Positions 37,481 to 47,108 of a stretch of DNA of 64,000 nt are shown here, piece by piece. Each line of letters opens with the position of its first letter. The first letter of the stretch is position 1. The position numbers and the translations under genes were made by a program. The notes under the pieces were generated by a model. That model was given only the letters and a program-made list of their open reading frames with translations, made no database searches and was not told the origin of the DNA. Source of the DNA: Planctomycetota bacterium (GTDB lineage: Bacteria > Planctomycetota > Planctomycetia > Pirellulales > UBA1268); the NCBI GenBank assembly GCA_014238855.1, contig JABAAH010000008.1, positions 8,580-72,579 on the forward strand, written 5' to 3'.

Positions 37481-37513
37481 AGTCTACAACTATATGTTGT
37501 AGACTCTTGTTTT
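37481..37513 (+). terminator. intrinsic-terminator-like hairpin between ispA and dxs
   Basis: A perfect 10-bp stem, agtctacaac / gttgtagact, with the 5-nt loop tatat. It is followed by cttgtttt and lies 40 nt after the ispA stop. Confidence 0.55.
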
Positions 37514-37574
37514 CCGCTTATAAAAAGCTAGCTCATTTGATGCAGATGATTTTACGCAGGAGTTTTTGGAGATA

Positions 37575-39506
37575 ATGTCAAATATCCTTCCAACAATAGA
37601 ATCCCCGCACGACCTTCAGGGACTTTCTCCGGACGACCTTGAAAATCTTGCGGCAGAAATGCGTCAGGCATTGTGTGAGGTTGCTGCGAGCCGAACAGCA
37701 CACTTTGCATCAAATCTTGGTGTCGTAGAACTCTGCTTAGCGCTTCATCGTGTTTTTGACTTCAGTAAGGATCGTCTTATATGGGATACAGGGCATCAGA
37801 TATATCCCCATAAACTCATCACCGGAAGATACAAACAATTCGATACGATGCGGACACGTGGAGGTCTCATGGGCTTCCCAAACCCATTGGAGAGCCCTTA
37901 TGACTTATTTATGACAGGCCATGCAGGCTGCAGCATTTCAGCAGCCCTTGGCCTAGCTAGTGGAGACTCGTTGAGAGGACAAGATGATCGCCATAGCGTC
38001 GCAGTCATCGGAGACGGAGCTCTTCCATCTGGCATCGTTTTTGAGGCACTTAACAACGCTGGCTTTTTGAAAAAGCGGCTCATCATCATTCTTAATGATA
38101 ACCGAATGTCAATCTGCCCCAGAGTCGGGTCTCTGGCTGAGTATCTCGATGTCGTGCGGCTCAATCCATGGTATCGAGGGCTGCGTGATAAAGCTGGGGA
38201 CCTCATCAAGGGCGTGCCCATGGTTGGCGAATCCATGGAGCGAATGCTTGTCAACGTGAAAGATTCATTAAAGGCAACACTTCACGGCGGCATGTTATTT
38301 GAGGCTCTTGGTGTTCGGTACTTTGGTCCGGTCGAGGGACACACACTGCCAAATCTGATCAGATACCTCGAACTTGTTAAGGATGAAGAAGGACCGATTC
38401 TCTTACATGTCCTCACAGAAAAGGGGCATGGTTTCAAACCTGCTGAAGATGACCCCGTCTTCTTTCATACGCCTGCTCCATTCGAGTGCGACGATGATGA
38501 TTGCATTGTTTCAGTAAAGAAATCTTCGGCGCGAGTCTTTACTGATGTAGCCAGCGCGGCTATCGCCGACTGTATGAAAAAAGATGATCGAGTAACTGTC
38601 ATGACGGCTGCAATGTGCCAAGGGAATAAGCTAGAGACTGTTCGTGAAGCATATCCTGACCGCTTTTTTGATGTCGGCATTTGTGAATCACATGCAGTTG
38701 CATTCGCTGCAGGTCAGGCGAAAGCCGGATGCCGACCTATTGTAGATATCTACAGCACTTTTTTGCAGCGGTCTTATGACCAAATCTTTCAGGAGGTCTG
38801 CCTACAGAATTTACCCGTCATCTTCATGCTCGACCGGGCTGGACTTACGGGCCCCGATGGCCCCACTCATCATGGAGTCTTTGACCTCGGCTACATGCGA
38901 CTCTTTCCAAACATGGCCGTCCTTGCTCCCGCGGATGAACATGATCTCGAATCAATGGTAGCTTGGGCGATAAATCACAATGGTCCGGTTGCCATTCGCT
39001 ACCCGAAAGCGGTCCTCGAACCGGACCTCAACAATCGCTTCGGAAAAGATCGACTTCCTATCGAGCTAGGACATTGCGAACCGCTTCTTGACGGACAAGA
39101 TGGTCTGATTATTGGCTGCGGCAGTCTTGCTGGAACCTGTCTCCGAGCCGTAGACGAGCTTCGAGAAGAGGGGCTTCATGTTGGCTTAATCAACGCTCGC
39201 TTCGTCAAGCCGTTAGATGAAGAAACTCTCCTCAAGCGGATACAAACGAGCCCTTGGGTAGTGTCTGTTGAAGAAAACGCTCTGCAAGCTGGCTTCGGCT
39301 CCGCTATTCTTGAGGCTGTTCACAATGCAAATATACCCACTGGCCCAATACGAAGACTTGGCATTCCGGATCACTTTATCGAACATGGCGACAGGTCCGA
39401 GTTACTTTCAAGCCTGAGCCTTGATGTGAACGGAATTGTTGATATTTGTAGAGAGCTTTCAGAACAGGCTGCAGCAAATGCTGTAGCAACACCCGTTCGA
39501 GACTGA
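37575..39506 (+). CDS. dxs: 1-deoxy-D-xylulose-5-phosphate synthase
   Basis: Motifs: WDTGHQIYPHKLITGR, GHAGCSISAALG, VIGDGALPSG (ThDP GDG), FDVGICESHAV. I prefer the ATG at 37575 over the TTG at 37566. Confidence 0.95.
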   Translation: MSNILPTIESPHDLQGLSPDDLENLAAEMRQALCEVAASRTAHFASNLGVVELCLALHRVFDFSKDRLIWDTGHQIYPHKLITGRYKQFDTMRTRGGLMGFPNPLESPYDLFMTGHAGCSISAALGLASGDSLRGQDDRHSVAVIGDGALPSGIVFEALNNAGFLKKRLIIILNDNRMSICPRVGSLAEYLDVVRLNPWYRGLRDKAGDLIKGVPMVGESMERMLVNVKDSLKATLHGGMLFEALGVRYFGPVEGHTLPNLIRYLELVKDEEGPILLHVLTEKGHGFKPAEDDPVFFHTPAPFECDDDDCIVSVKKSSARVFTDVASAAIADCMKKDDRVTVMTAAMCQGNKLETVREAYPDRFFDVGICESHAVAFAAGQAKAGCRPIVDIYSTFLQRSYDQIFQEVCLQNLPVIFMLDRAGLTGPDGPTHHGVFDLGYMRLFPNMAVLAPADEHDLESMVAWAINHNGPVAIRYPKAVLEPDLNNRFGKDRLPIELGHCEPLLDGQDGLIIGCGSLAGTCLRAVDELREEGLHVGLINARFVKPLDEETLLKRIQTSPWVVSVEENALQAGFGSAILEAVHNANIPTGPIRRLGIPDHFIEHGDRSELLSSLSLDVNGIVDICRELSEQAAANAVATPVRD

Positions 39507-39548
39507 CCAAAACAGATTATTTGTGGTATTGCCCCAGGCTCATTCTCA

Positions 39549-40538
39549 ATGGCTGATCACGCGAAGATTCCATCAAAAAACACTGACCTCAGAAGCAAAG
39601 AAATGGCGGGGCGTCTTTCTCCAGGTAAGCCCGTCACTGAAAGCCTTCAAATAGCGCTGATTGGGCCTGAGGAGGTTCTGGAAACAAAACCTCTCGCGAA
39701 CGACCTGCAAAAATTGTTAAAGGATCTTGGCCATGATGTAAAAATGATGGTTGCGGATAGAACTGCGTGGGAACCAGATGATGGCGAAAAAAAACCTTCA
39801 AATGTTGCACAAGATGCCGATCTCGTTATTGTTCTAGGTGGCGATGGATCGATTCTCCGGACAGCCCGATGGATGGGGTACCAACAGACGCCGGTACTTG
39901 GAGTTAATCTTGGCCGCCTCGGATTCCTTGCTGATTTCTCACCAAATGAAGTTGAAGCTGCTATCAATGAACTCATTGCGGGCAGATTTCGTCTGGTTGA
40001 GCATATGATGTTCGAGACACGAGTACTTCGTGGAAATAATACCATTGCGAGTGACCTTGGACTCAACGAAACGTCAATTCTTGCTGGACCGCCCTTCTCT
40101 CTTTTCGAAATTGAACTTTACGTCGACGGTGAATTAGCAACTGTGTACCGTGGAGACGGATTGATCATTAGCACACCGGTGGGCTCAACCGCCTACAACA
40201 TGTCTGCTGGAGGTCCGATTGTTCGAAAATCGATTGAGGCATTTATCTTTACCCCTCTTAACCCACACACGCTCACTCATCGAACAGTGGTTGACACGGC
40301 ATCCCGGGACTACACTTTGGTGGTTCCTTCGCCAAATAAAGGGTCATCCTGCGTTGTTGACGGACGTCTTCTGCTAGCACTTCAGGCTGGTGACAAAATC
40401 CGCGTATCACTTGCTGCACCGAAATTTTGTCTTATCGAGACAAATCAGCATAGCTATTATTCTACACTTCGTGACAAATTGACTTGGGGAAGCGGTCTTC
40501 GGAATACATCGCCGCGTAGTAACTGCCGTAAGTCTTAA
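39549..40538 (+). CDS. nadK: NAD+ kinase
   Basis: Motifs: VIVLGGDGSILR, GVNLGRLGFL, STPVGSTAYNMSAGGPIV. Confidence 0.85.
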   Translation: MADHAKIPSKNTDLRSKEMAGRLSPGKPVTESLQIALIGPEEVLETKPLANDLQKLLKDLGHDVKMMVADRTAWEPDDGEKKPSNVAQDADLVIVLGGDGSILRTARWMGYQQTPVLGVNLGRLGFLADFSPNEVEAAINELIAGRFRLVEHMMFETRVLRGNNTIASDLGLNETSILAGPPFSLFEIELYVDGELATVYRGDGLIISTPVGSTAYNMSAGGPIVRKSIEAFIFTPLNPHTLTHRTVVDTASRDYTLVVPSPNKGSSCVVDGRLLLALQAGDKIRVSLAAPKFCLIETNQHSYYSTLRDKLTWGSGLRNTSPRSNCRKS

Positions 40539-40567
40539 GCAGCATCATCGGCATAAGAAAAATTTAC

Positions 40568-41419
40568 ATGAAATATTTTGTTTCTATTTGCTTAGCGGCC
40601 TTACTCATCTATGCCGGGAGCATTTCTGCCGAAGACACCACATCGCCAAGCAAAAACGTACAAATACTTCGATATAAATTTAGGCAGGGTGAAACTATAT
40701 CAGTGCGGGTTTCTCATCGTGCACTTACTGAAACAACAATTAACGGCACCACTCAACATGTTGAAACTGCGACAGATTCAACAAAGTCTTGGAAAATAAC
40801 TCACGTTGATAAGGACGGAAACGCAACGCTCGAGCATCTCATTGACCATGTCAAGATGATGTCTCGCACAAGTGAAATGGAGACAGTACGCTGGGACAGT
40901 GATGGTTCAAAAGCACCGCCTGATGGATATGGAGGCGTTCAACTCAGTCTTGGCAAACCACTTTCAGAACTGACAATTGACTCATGCGGGCGAGTCATCA
41001 ACCGCAAAGACTTTTTCCCAAGCCCCCCTTCGAATACTGGTGACCTGATGGTCGTTCCCCTACCCGATGAACCTGTTGCGGTAGGAACAACATGGACAGT
41101 TCCAGATACCATAGTTGTTGACATACCGGGCAGCACAGGAAAATCCGTACGAACACGACTTCGATATCAAGTCACGAAACTCAAAAAAGACCGTGCAACC
41201 ATCAAAGTTGATACGACAGTGCTTACTCCAGTTCACGACCCCCAAACAGAATCACGTCTCCTTGAGCGAATCTGGTCAGGAGAAATCATATTTAGCATTG
41301 ATCACGGCCGAATAATAAGTCGATCAGTTAACGTTGATCGACGCGTTATTGGATTTCACGGGCCTGCATCAAGCATTCGTTATAAGGCTAGCCGAGAAGA
41401 AGAACTTGCTTCAGACTAA
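40568..41419 (+). CDS. hypothetical secreted protein
   Basis: It has a signal peptide (MKYFVSICLAALLIYAGSISAED) and a beta-rich composition. No known motif. Confidence 0.5.
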   Translation: MKYFVSICLAALLIYAGSISAEDTTSPSKNVQILRYKFRQGETISVRVSHRALTETTINGTTQHVETATDSTKSWKITHVDKDGNATLEHLIDHVKMMSRTSEMETVRWDSDGSKAPPDGYGGVQLSLGKPLSELTIDSCGRVINRKDFFPSPPSNTGDLMVVPLPDEPVAVGTTWTVPDTIVVDIPGSTGKSVRTRLRYQVTKLKKDRATIKVDTTVLTPVHDPQTESRLLERIWSGEIIFSIDHGRIISRSVNVDRRVIGFHGPASSIRYKASREEELASD

Positions 41420-41487
41420 TAACAAGGGCTTCAGGCGGGAACTGTCCGAAGTGACCTCCTCATACTCAAGTGAGCCTTTCATTCATC

Positions 41488-43131
41488 TCAGCCAGCTCGC
41501 AAGACGTCCTCAACACGACGAATGGCCTGCTCCACGTCCCAGGTTGCATCTGCAAGCACGATACTTGAATGTGATGTCATCCACTTACGAACAGTTTTCT
41601 CGGCTGCAACAACTGTAGAATGACTTCGACGACCAAAATGCCGACCGATATCAGCCAAGGCAGCACCTGTATGCTTGCGAGCAAGAAACATAGCTAACAT
41701 ACGAGGCTGATTTGCTGCTCTCGAACGACGCGTTGATTTAAGATCAGACTCAGAAATTCCAAACGCTGCGCATACCGCCTGCTCAATGTCAGCAAGGCGT
41801 AGACTACGGGCACTTGAACGAACAAGGTCCGCAAGAGCTTCTTTAGCTAAATCTAATGTCACTGGAGCACCGAGCATGTGGCTTGCAGCCTCAAGCCTAT
41901 TAATACCACCGATCAATTCTCTGGCATGACGAGTAAGGTTATTAGCAAGAAAATCGATAACATTTGTTGGTAAATTAATTTGCCTTTTTTCTGCGAGGCC
42001 AGCAACAATACCTCGGCGAACTTCATAGTCCGGGGGCATAATCCCTGCCGTCATTCCTCCGCGCAGTCTCCCTGTCAATTCACTCCCCAGGCCAGAAAGA
42101 CTTTCGACATCTCGGTCGCTCGCAAATATTATTTGCTTACCGGCTCTATGAAGCGTATCCACCGTGCTTTGTAATTCAAGCAGCGTCGCTCGCTTTCCTA
42201 CGAAAAATTGCAAGTCATCGACCGCCAGTAAATCAACTGACCGACAACTTCTTCGGAATCCTGGAAGTCCACTACCATGTAGGGCTTGTAGAAAATTTGT
42301 AGTAAACTGCTCTGCTGAAAACATAGCTACAACGAGGCCTGGACGAACTTGACGAGCATGGTGACATATTCCTGCCAACAAGTGACTTTTACCTACGCCA
42401 CTCGGGCCGTGTAAAAGAACCGGTGACATTTCCCCCAAGCGATTCGCCGCCAATTCAACTGCCGCAAATGCCATACGGTTACTGGAACCGACGGCAAATT
42501 CCTCGAGGCACACAGTTGGCCGTCGCAGAGTAGATTTCCTTGCGGCATTTCCTGACTTTGTCTGAGAAACTTGTATTTTGGGCGTATTCGAAACTCTTCT
42601 ACTTGAACTTTCGAGCTCTGCGGCAGTACTCCCGACAGCTCTTATTTCTGCATTGAGCTTTCCAGCTGTACTTTTGACGGAGACTTCTCCAAGCGGCCTC
42701 CAATTCACCGTGACAGGCCCGTTCATGTTTTCTTTAGCAGATATGGCGACATCGTCGCCAAAAGTCTTCTGGAGCCATTCTCCGGGATAATTTGGGTCGT
42801 ACAAGACTACAACTTCAACAAGGCCCTCTTCGGTCCTCGATTGAGCGACCTGAATTTCAAAATTGTCACCAAACCATACTGCAAATCGCTCTTCTCCCAA
42901 CCGTACCAAAAGTGATTTTTTTATACGCTCGCCTAATGTAAAAGCCCCGTGCGCATGAGTATTGGATTCTACAGGGACTTCAGTTGGGCTCGATTCTGGA
43001 ACTTCCGGAAGATTGACCTCACCTATGGCTCGTAGCTGCCCACTGTTCGAGCATCCACCAAGCGGCTGGTTTGCTTTGGGAAAGCGTGCTGAGGTTTTGT
43101 GAAAGTTAATTTTAGCCACGTTTTGCGACAC
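41488..43131 (-). CDS. dnaA: chromosomal replication initiator protein DnaA
   Basis: Motifs: LHGPSGVGKSHLL (Walker A), LLAVDDLQF (Walker B), C-terminal DNA-binding signature IGRHFGRRSHSTVVAAEKTV. 547 aa with a long linker. Confidence 0.95.
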   Translation of the reverse strand: MSQNVAKINFHKTSARFPKANQPLGGCSNSGQLRAIGEVNLPEVPESSPTEVPVESNTHAHGAFTLGERIKKSLLVRLGEERFAVWFGDNFEIQVAQSRTEEGLVEVVVLYDPNYPGEWLQKTFGDDVAISAKENMNGPVTVNWRPLGEVSVKSTAGKLNAEIRAVGSTAAELESSSRRVSNTPKIQVSQTKSGNAARKSTLRRPTVCLEEFAVGSSNRMAFAAVELAANRLGEMSPVLLHGPSGVGKSHLLAGICHHARQVRPGLVVAMFSAEQFTTNFLQALHGSGLPGFRRSCRSVDLLAVDDLQFFVGKRATLLELQSTVDTLHRAGKQIIFASDRDVESLSGLGSELTGRLRGGMTAGIMPPDYEVRRGIVAGLAEKRQINLPTNVIDFLANNLTRHARELIGGINRLEAASHMLGAPVTLDLAKEALADLVRSSARSLRLADIEQAVCAAFGISESDLKSTRRSRAANQPRMLAMFLARKHTGAALADIGRHFGRRSHSTVVAAEKTVRKWMTSHSSIVLADATWDVEQAIRRVEDVLRAG

Positions 43132-43432
43132 TCCATGTCCCGGGGCAGCTCCCGGCTCTAATCCGATGCAACCGATTTTTCAGTTTCGACCAAGTTCACC
43201 TCTCGCTGTCATTCATGATCGAGTTTCATGACACAGAAATGTTCCCGCTCGGCGGCTGAGTATAAAAGTGCTAGCGTTGCTGTCAAACACACGCATGAAT
43301 AAACGCTGTTCATCACTGTCTAGCGGTTACGTCATGAAAAAAACCTTGGTGGAAAATGTGTGGATTCGATTCATAAAGTATTTTGAAACACTTGAAAGCG
43401 GGTCTTGCCGGGTTCCAAGAAAGTTTCTAGGA

Positions 43433-43461
43433 GGATTTTTATTTAAATTTCATAAAAATCC
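43433..43461. repeat. AT-rich perfect 9-bp inverted repeat (ggattttta - 11 nt - taaaaatcc) in the dnaA upstream region
   Basis: Read directly. The right arm overlaps a weak DnaA-box-like AAATCCACG at 43456..43464. A second box-like TGTGGATTC lies at 43359..43367. Confidence 0.8.
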
Positions 43462-43554
43462 ACGTTATTTGCTCACACATCCTGAAAACAGAGTTGAAGT
43501 CTTATAGACTATTAACTTCCTGTATTCACTGAATCCCCCTTTGGGTAAGTAACC

Positions 43555-45099
43555 ATGCTGAAATGCTTTTTTGGTCATTGCGGTAGTGCCCATTTTAATC
43601 ACTTGTTTTTCACCTGTGCTTTGATTGCTGTCGTTGGATTATTCATAGACATGCATTCACTTGCAGCAGAATCACCCGGAAAACTTGTGGCTGAAGATAT
43701 TTCAATTGGAGAACCTCTCCAAATACCACTCCACTCAACCAGCAGCAATATTTCCCGTGATAATGATGTTCGAGGGTCTGAAAGCCCGACATCTCAAACG
43801 CCTGATGAACTGACTCCTCCAAAGCAGATAGGGACAACAACCGAAAAAGAAGTTCATGAAGATTCAAAAGAATCCTCTGAGGGAAAGGAAGCGACTAAGG
43901 AAAAACCTGAAAGAATCAAAAAGTCGCCTCAGGTTTCGGGCTGGCTAGGGCTCATTGTTGATGACTCAATTGTCACCGGAAGACTCGTAATCGTCAAAGT
44001 TTCTGACCCGAGTCCAGCAAAGCAGGCTGGCATTAAGGCTCAGGATGTGCTCTTGGCGATCGATGGCGAACCTGTTCAAACAGCAGATCAGCTCGCGGCA
44101 CGCCTGGCAGCTATTTCACCTAATAAACAAGTCCGTGCCCTAATTGGCCGAACTGAGGGTGTCGATGAAGTCACTATGATCGCTCGCACCCGGCCGCCTG
44201 AAAGTCGCACACCCGCTCCTGTCCCGCTCCCTCAGCTAGCAGATAAACGCGAATCGTCTGCCTCAGAAAATACTTCTCGATTCACTCAACCACCGAGGCG
44301 GACTCGTATTTATGCAACACCAGCAAAGCCTCGACCAGATCAACCATCTGTCACGCCACCCCTACCCACTATTGCCTCAATACAATCTCCTGAGATAAAC
44401 CAGCCATCCCGATTTCCTTCTTCGCAAAATCCCCAACCATTACCCTCCGCACAGGCAACTCTCTCAGAGGCACCGCTATTCGAGCAGCCTCCAGCAATCA
44501 AACCTTCCGGACGCACCTCCCTTAATAATAATCAGGGCAGAACCGCATTAGGAGTCCGGACCCTCCCGATTGATTCAGCTACCCAAACAAGATATCGACT
44601 ACCAAGCCAAACAGGAGCTTACGTCTTCGGAGTTATAGAAAGCCTCCCAGCTTCTAATGCCGGCCTCCCGCCGGGAAGTGTGATTGTTGCTTTTGGAAAT
44701 CGGCCTGTACGAACACCTGACGAACTAAATCGTTTTGTGAAAAATACTGCACCAGGAACGCAGGTTTCACTCCAGTACGTCTTGCCCGGCGGCCAAACAA
44801 AACAAGCCAGTGTTGCATTACAAAGTATTGACCCGGCTCTTGAGCAAGCTCTCATCGGTGTGCCTGCCAACAATCCACCCTCCCAAGCCCCAACACTGCA
44901 GACAACTCGAAGACAATTATCTAAACCAACGCCTTCGAATCTGCTTCGACAAGAGAATGGAGCCGTGACCATAAACACTGTCCTTCTTAAAACAGAGGTA
45001 CAGCTCATGCGTGAGGAGATTTTGCGATTAAGACAGAGGGTCGAATTGCTTGAGCAGAAAAAACCTCAAAGCCAAAACACGCACCGAAAACTTCTCTGA
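43555..45099 (+). CDS. membrane-anchored protein with two PDZ-like domains separated by a Pro/Ser/Gln-rich linker, with a C-terminal coiled coil
   Basis: PDZ-like blocks: GLIVDDSIVTGRLVIVKVSDPSPAKQAGIKAQDVLLAIDGEPV and GAYVFGVIESLPASNAGLPPGSVIVAFGNRPV. There is an N-terminal hydrophobic anchor. Confidence 0.65.
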   Translation: MLKCFFGHCGSAHFNHLFFTCALIAVVGLFIDMHSLAAESPGKLVAEDISIGEPLQIPLHSTSSNISRDNDVRGSESPTSQTPDELTPPKQIGTTTEKEVHEDSKESSEGKEATKEKPERIKKSPQVSGWLGLIVDDSIVTGRLVIVKVSDPSPAKQAGIKAQDVLLAIDGEPVQTADQLAARLAAISPNKQVRALIGRTEGVDEVTMIARTRPPESRTPAPVPLPQLADKRESSASENTSRFTQPPRRTRIYATPAKPRPDQPSVTPPLPTIASIQSPEINQPSRFPSSQNPQPLPSAQATLSEAPLFEQPPAIKPSGRTSLNNNQGRTALGVRTLPIDSATQTRYRLPSQTGAYVFGVIESLPASNAGLPPGSVIVAFGNRPVRTPDELNRFVKNTAPGTQVSLQYVLPGGQTKQASVALQSIDPALEQALIGVPANNPPSQAPTLQTTRRQLSKPTPSNLLRQENGAVTINTVLLKTEVQLMREEILRLRQRVELLEQKKPQSQNTHRKLL

Positions 45100-45121
45100 A
45101 CGCCATACAAAACAATAAAAA

Positions 45122-45943
45122 TCATCCCGTTGGCTTGAGAGCCTTTAAATCCGTATTGGGTAAGATTTTTAATCGTGCAACCTCATCAGCAAGAGAAATT
45201 CCTTCAGGACCTTTTAATCGCGTTGACCATTTCGCGACTCGGGAGACCTCGGGCAGAGCCGAACGGTCACCAATTCGACGTCCCCCTACAACGGCCCATC
45301 TCTCAGCATCATCACTCAAGTGATTCAATACCTGCTCTACGCCAACACGATGTGCCTCCAGCCCCTCCCTATCGAGATTTGAAGGGACATGAATTGGCCG
45401 GCTAACGACTGCACGACAGCGGCTTCCGAGTCGTGGGACTGCAAATTTGTCCCACGTACCCAACCTCCATGGCTGATCGTACCCGCACCCCATTGCTACG
45501 ATTGGTATTTTTAGTGTGCTTGCAAGAAACACACACCCAATCGCAAGGCGACGACGCGGGCCGCGAGGACCGTCCGGAGTAATTGTAAGGCTTTCTGTTG
45601 CGGCTTTATCAGATAGTTCACGTAATGCGGTTGAACCACCTCGAAAGGTACTTCCACGAACGACACCAAAGCCCATCATTCGTGCAACTCTATCAAGGAC
45701 ATTCGCATCGGCATGCCGAGATAACAGCATAGCTATGTTGCAATGCCCACGCAGGTACAGCGGCAGCAGAATATTTTCATGCCAAAAAACATATATTTTT
45801 GGACCACGAAAGTCTTGATGAACAGGGTCAACTAATTGATCACCATATTCCACTCGGCAACGGACTGTTCCCAGCCATTGGCGAATAACCGCTGCTGCTA
45901 ACAGAGAGCAGCTACCTATCGCCAATTGTGATTGTACTTTCAT
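45122..45943 (-). CDS. DUF374 / lysophospholipid-acyltransferase-like protein
   Basis: It has KIYVFWHENILLPLYL...LLSRHADANVLDRVARMMGFGVVRGS...ITPDGPRGPRR. I set the start at the ATG at 45943. The track start at 46138 would overlap dapF. Confidence 0.7.
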   Translation of the reverse strand: MKVQSQLAIGSCSLLAAAVIRQWLGTVRCRVEYGDQLVDPVHQDFRGPKIYVFWHENILLPLYLRGHCNIAMLLSRHADANVLDRVARMMGFGVVRGSTFRGGSTALRELSDKAATESLTITPDGPRGPRRRLAIGCVFLASTLKIPIVAMGCGYDQPWRLGTWDKFAVPRLGSRCRAVVSRPIHVPSNLDREGLEAHRVGVEQVLNHLSDDAERWAVVGGRRIGDRSALPEVSRVAKWSTRLKGPEGISLADEVARLKILPNTDLKALKPTG

Positions 45944-46056
45944 GAAAAACTTTATCGACTTTTTACCACTCGAACATTGACTCGCTAAAAGATATCTAGA
46001 TAAATACGATGCAAAACATAATATAAAAGTGGGTAACGGCCATGAGAATCCGATAA

Positions 46057-46968
46057 CTAAGGAACAAGGCCCTGCCAAACTCCCAGAAACACTTCCTCGG
46101 CGGGGCCGGACATGTAAACAGAACCCTTCATGTCCCAAGACAATTCCAGTTCACCTCCGGGCAACTCTGCTTTGATCATTTCATTCGTGCGGCCCGTAAG
46201 CCTCCCTGCGACACATACCGCTGAGGCACCTGTACCGCATGCTTGAGTGGGGCCACTTCCACGTTCCCATGTCACCATCTTTACCCGATCGCGTGACTTA
46301 CATTGGACAAAATGGACATTTACTCGATGAGGAAAAAACCGATGGTTTTCAACGAGCGGCCCAATCATTTCCAGTGGCACTTTCCCAACATCACCACAGT
46401 AGAAAATCACATGAGGATTTCCCATCGAAACACACGTCATGCGAGCATCTAATACCGATGCGTCCCACCATTCAGAATGCTTACCAATAACTGAAGAAGC
46501 AGCATCTATGATTGGTTCTGTCACCGAAGCAGAGTCAACTGGTATGTCCTCTGGATTTAGAAGCGGCTGTCCCATATCGACCCGGACCTGGCTTACCTTT
46601 GAACTTAAGGGCGATACAGTCATGCCAAGAACACCGCGACCCGTTTCAATCGTCAAGTCCCCTGCGGCTGAATAGCCTCTGGAAACAACTAAATGCCCTA
46701 CACATCTCACGCCGTTTCCGCACATCTCTGATTCACTACCATCTGCGTTGAACATCCGCATTTTTGCTGTTGCTTTGTTCGACGGCTCGACAAGTATCAG
46801 GCCGTCTCCACCTACGCCGCGGTGACGATCGGCAAGCAATGGAGCAAGAGTGACCGGATCGAATGCAGCCGACTCGGTAAATCGATCGATATACACATAG
46901 TCATTTCCCAAACCATGCATTTTTATAAACGAAAGGCCCTTGGACTCTACTCTTTCAACCTGCGTCAC
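46057..46968 (-). CDS. dapF: diaminopimelate epimerase
   Basis: It has KMHGLGNDYVYID and both catalytic Cys contexts, MCGNGVRCV and QACGTGASAV. GTG start, exact position uncertain. Confidence 0.9.
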   Translation of the reverse strand: MTQVERVESKGLSFIKMHGLGNDYVYIDRFTESAAFDPVTLAPLLADRHRGVGGDGLILVEPSNKATAKMRMFNADGSESEMCGNGVRCVGHLVVSRGYSAAGDLTIETGRGVLGMTVSPLSSKVSQVRVDMGQPLLNPEDIPVDSASVTEPIIDAASSVIGKHSEWWDASVLDARMTCVSMGNPHVIFYCGDVGKVPLEMIGPLVENHRFFPHRVNVHFVQCKSRDRVKMVTWERGSGPTQACGTGASAVCVAGRLTGRTNEMIKAELPGGELELSWDMKGSVYMSGPAEEVFLGVWQGLVP

Positions 46969-47108
46969 CTTTGCCTCAATCCTTCTACAAATGTATTTTC
47001 ATGAAACCTGACATGTGACCGCTACCGTCTTATGCTTCATCCAACAATACCACCCAGGCTAAGCAAGACTGTTACGTTCTAAATATATGTCACCATTCAT
47101 TGTCGTGG

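Noticed and set aside
43268-43507. 79-aa ORF in the dnaA upstream region
   Set aside because: It is AT-rich with low-complexity translation, and it covers the inverted repeat and box-like elements. The region is more plausibly regulatory DNA.
45944-46138. 65-codon extension of the DUF374 gene overlapping the 3' end of dapF
   Set aside because: The extension is Cys/Ser/Leu-rich with no homology signal, and it would overlap dapF by 82 nt. The ATG at 45943 gives a standard-length protein.
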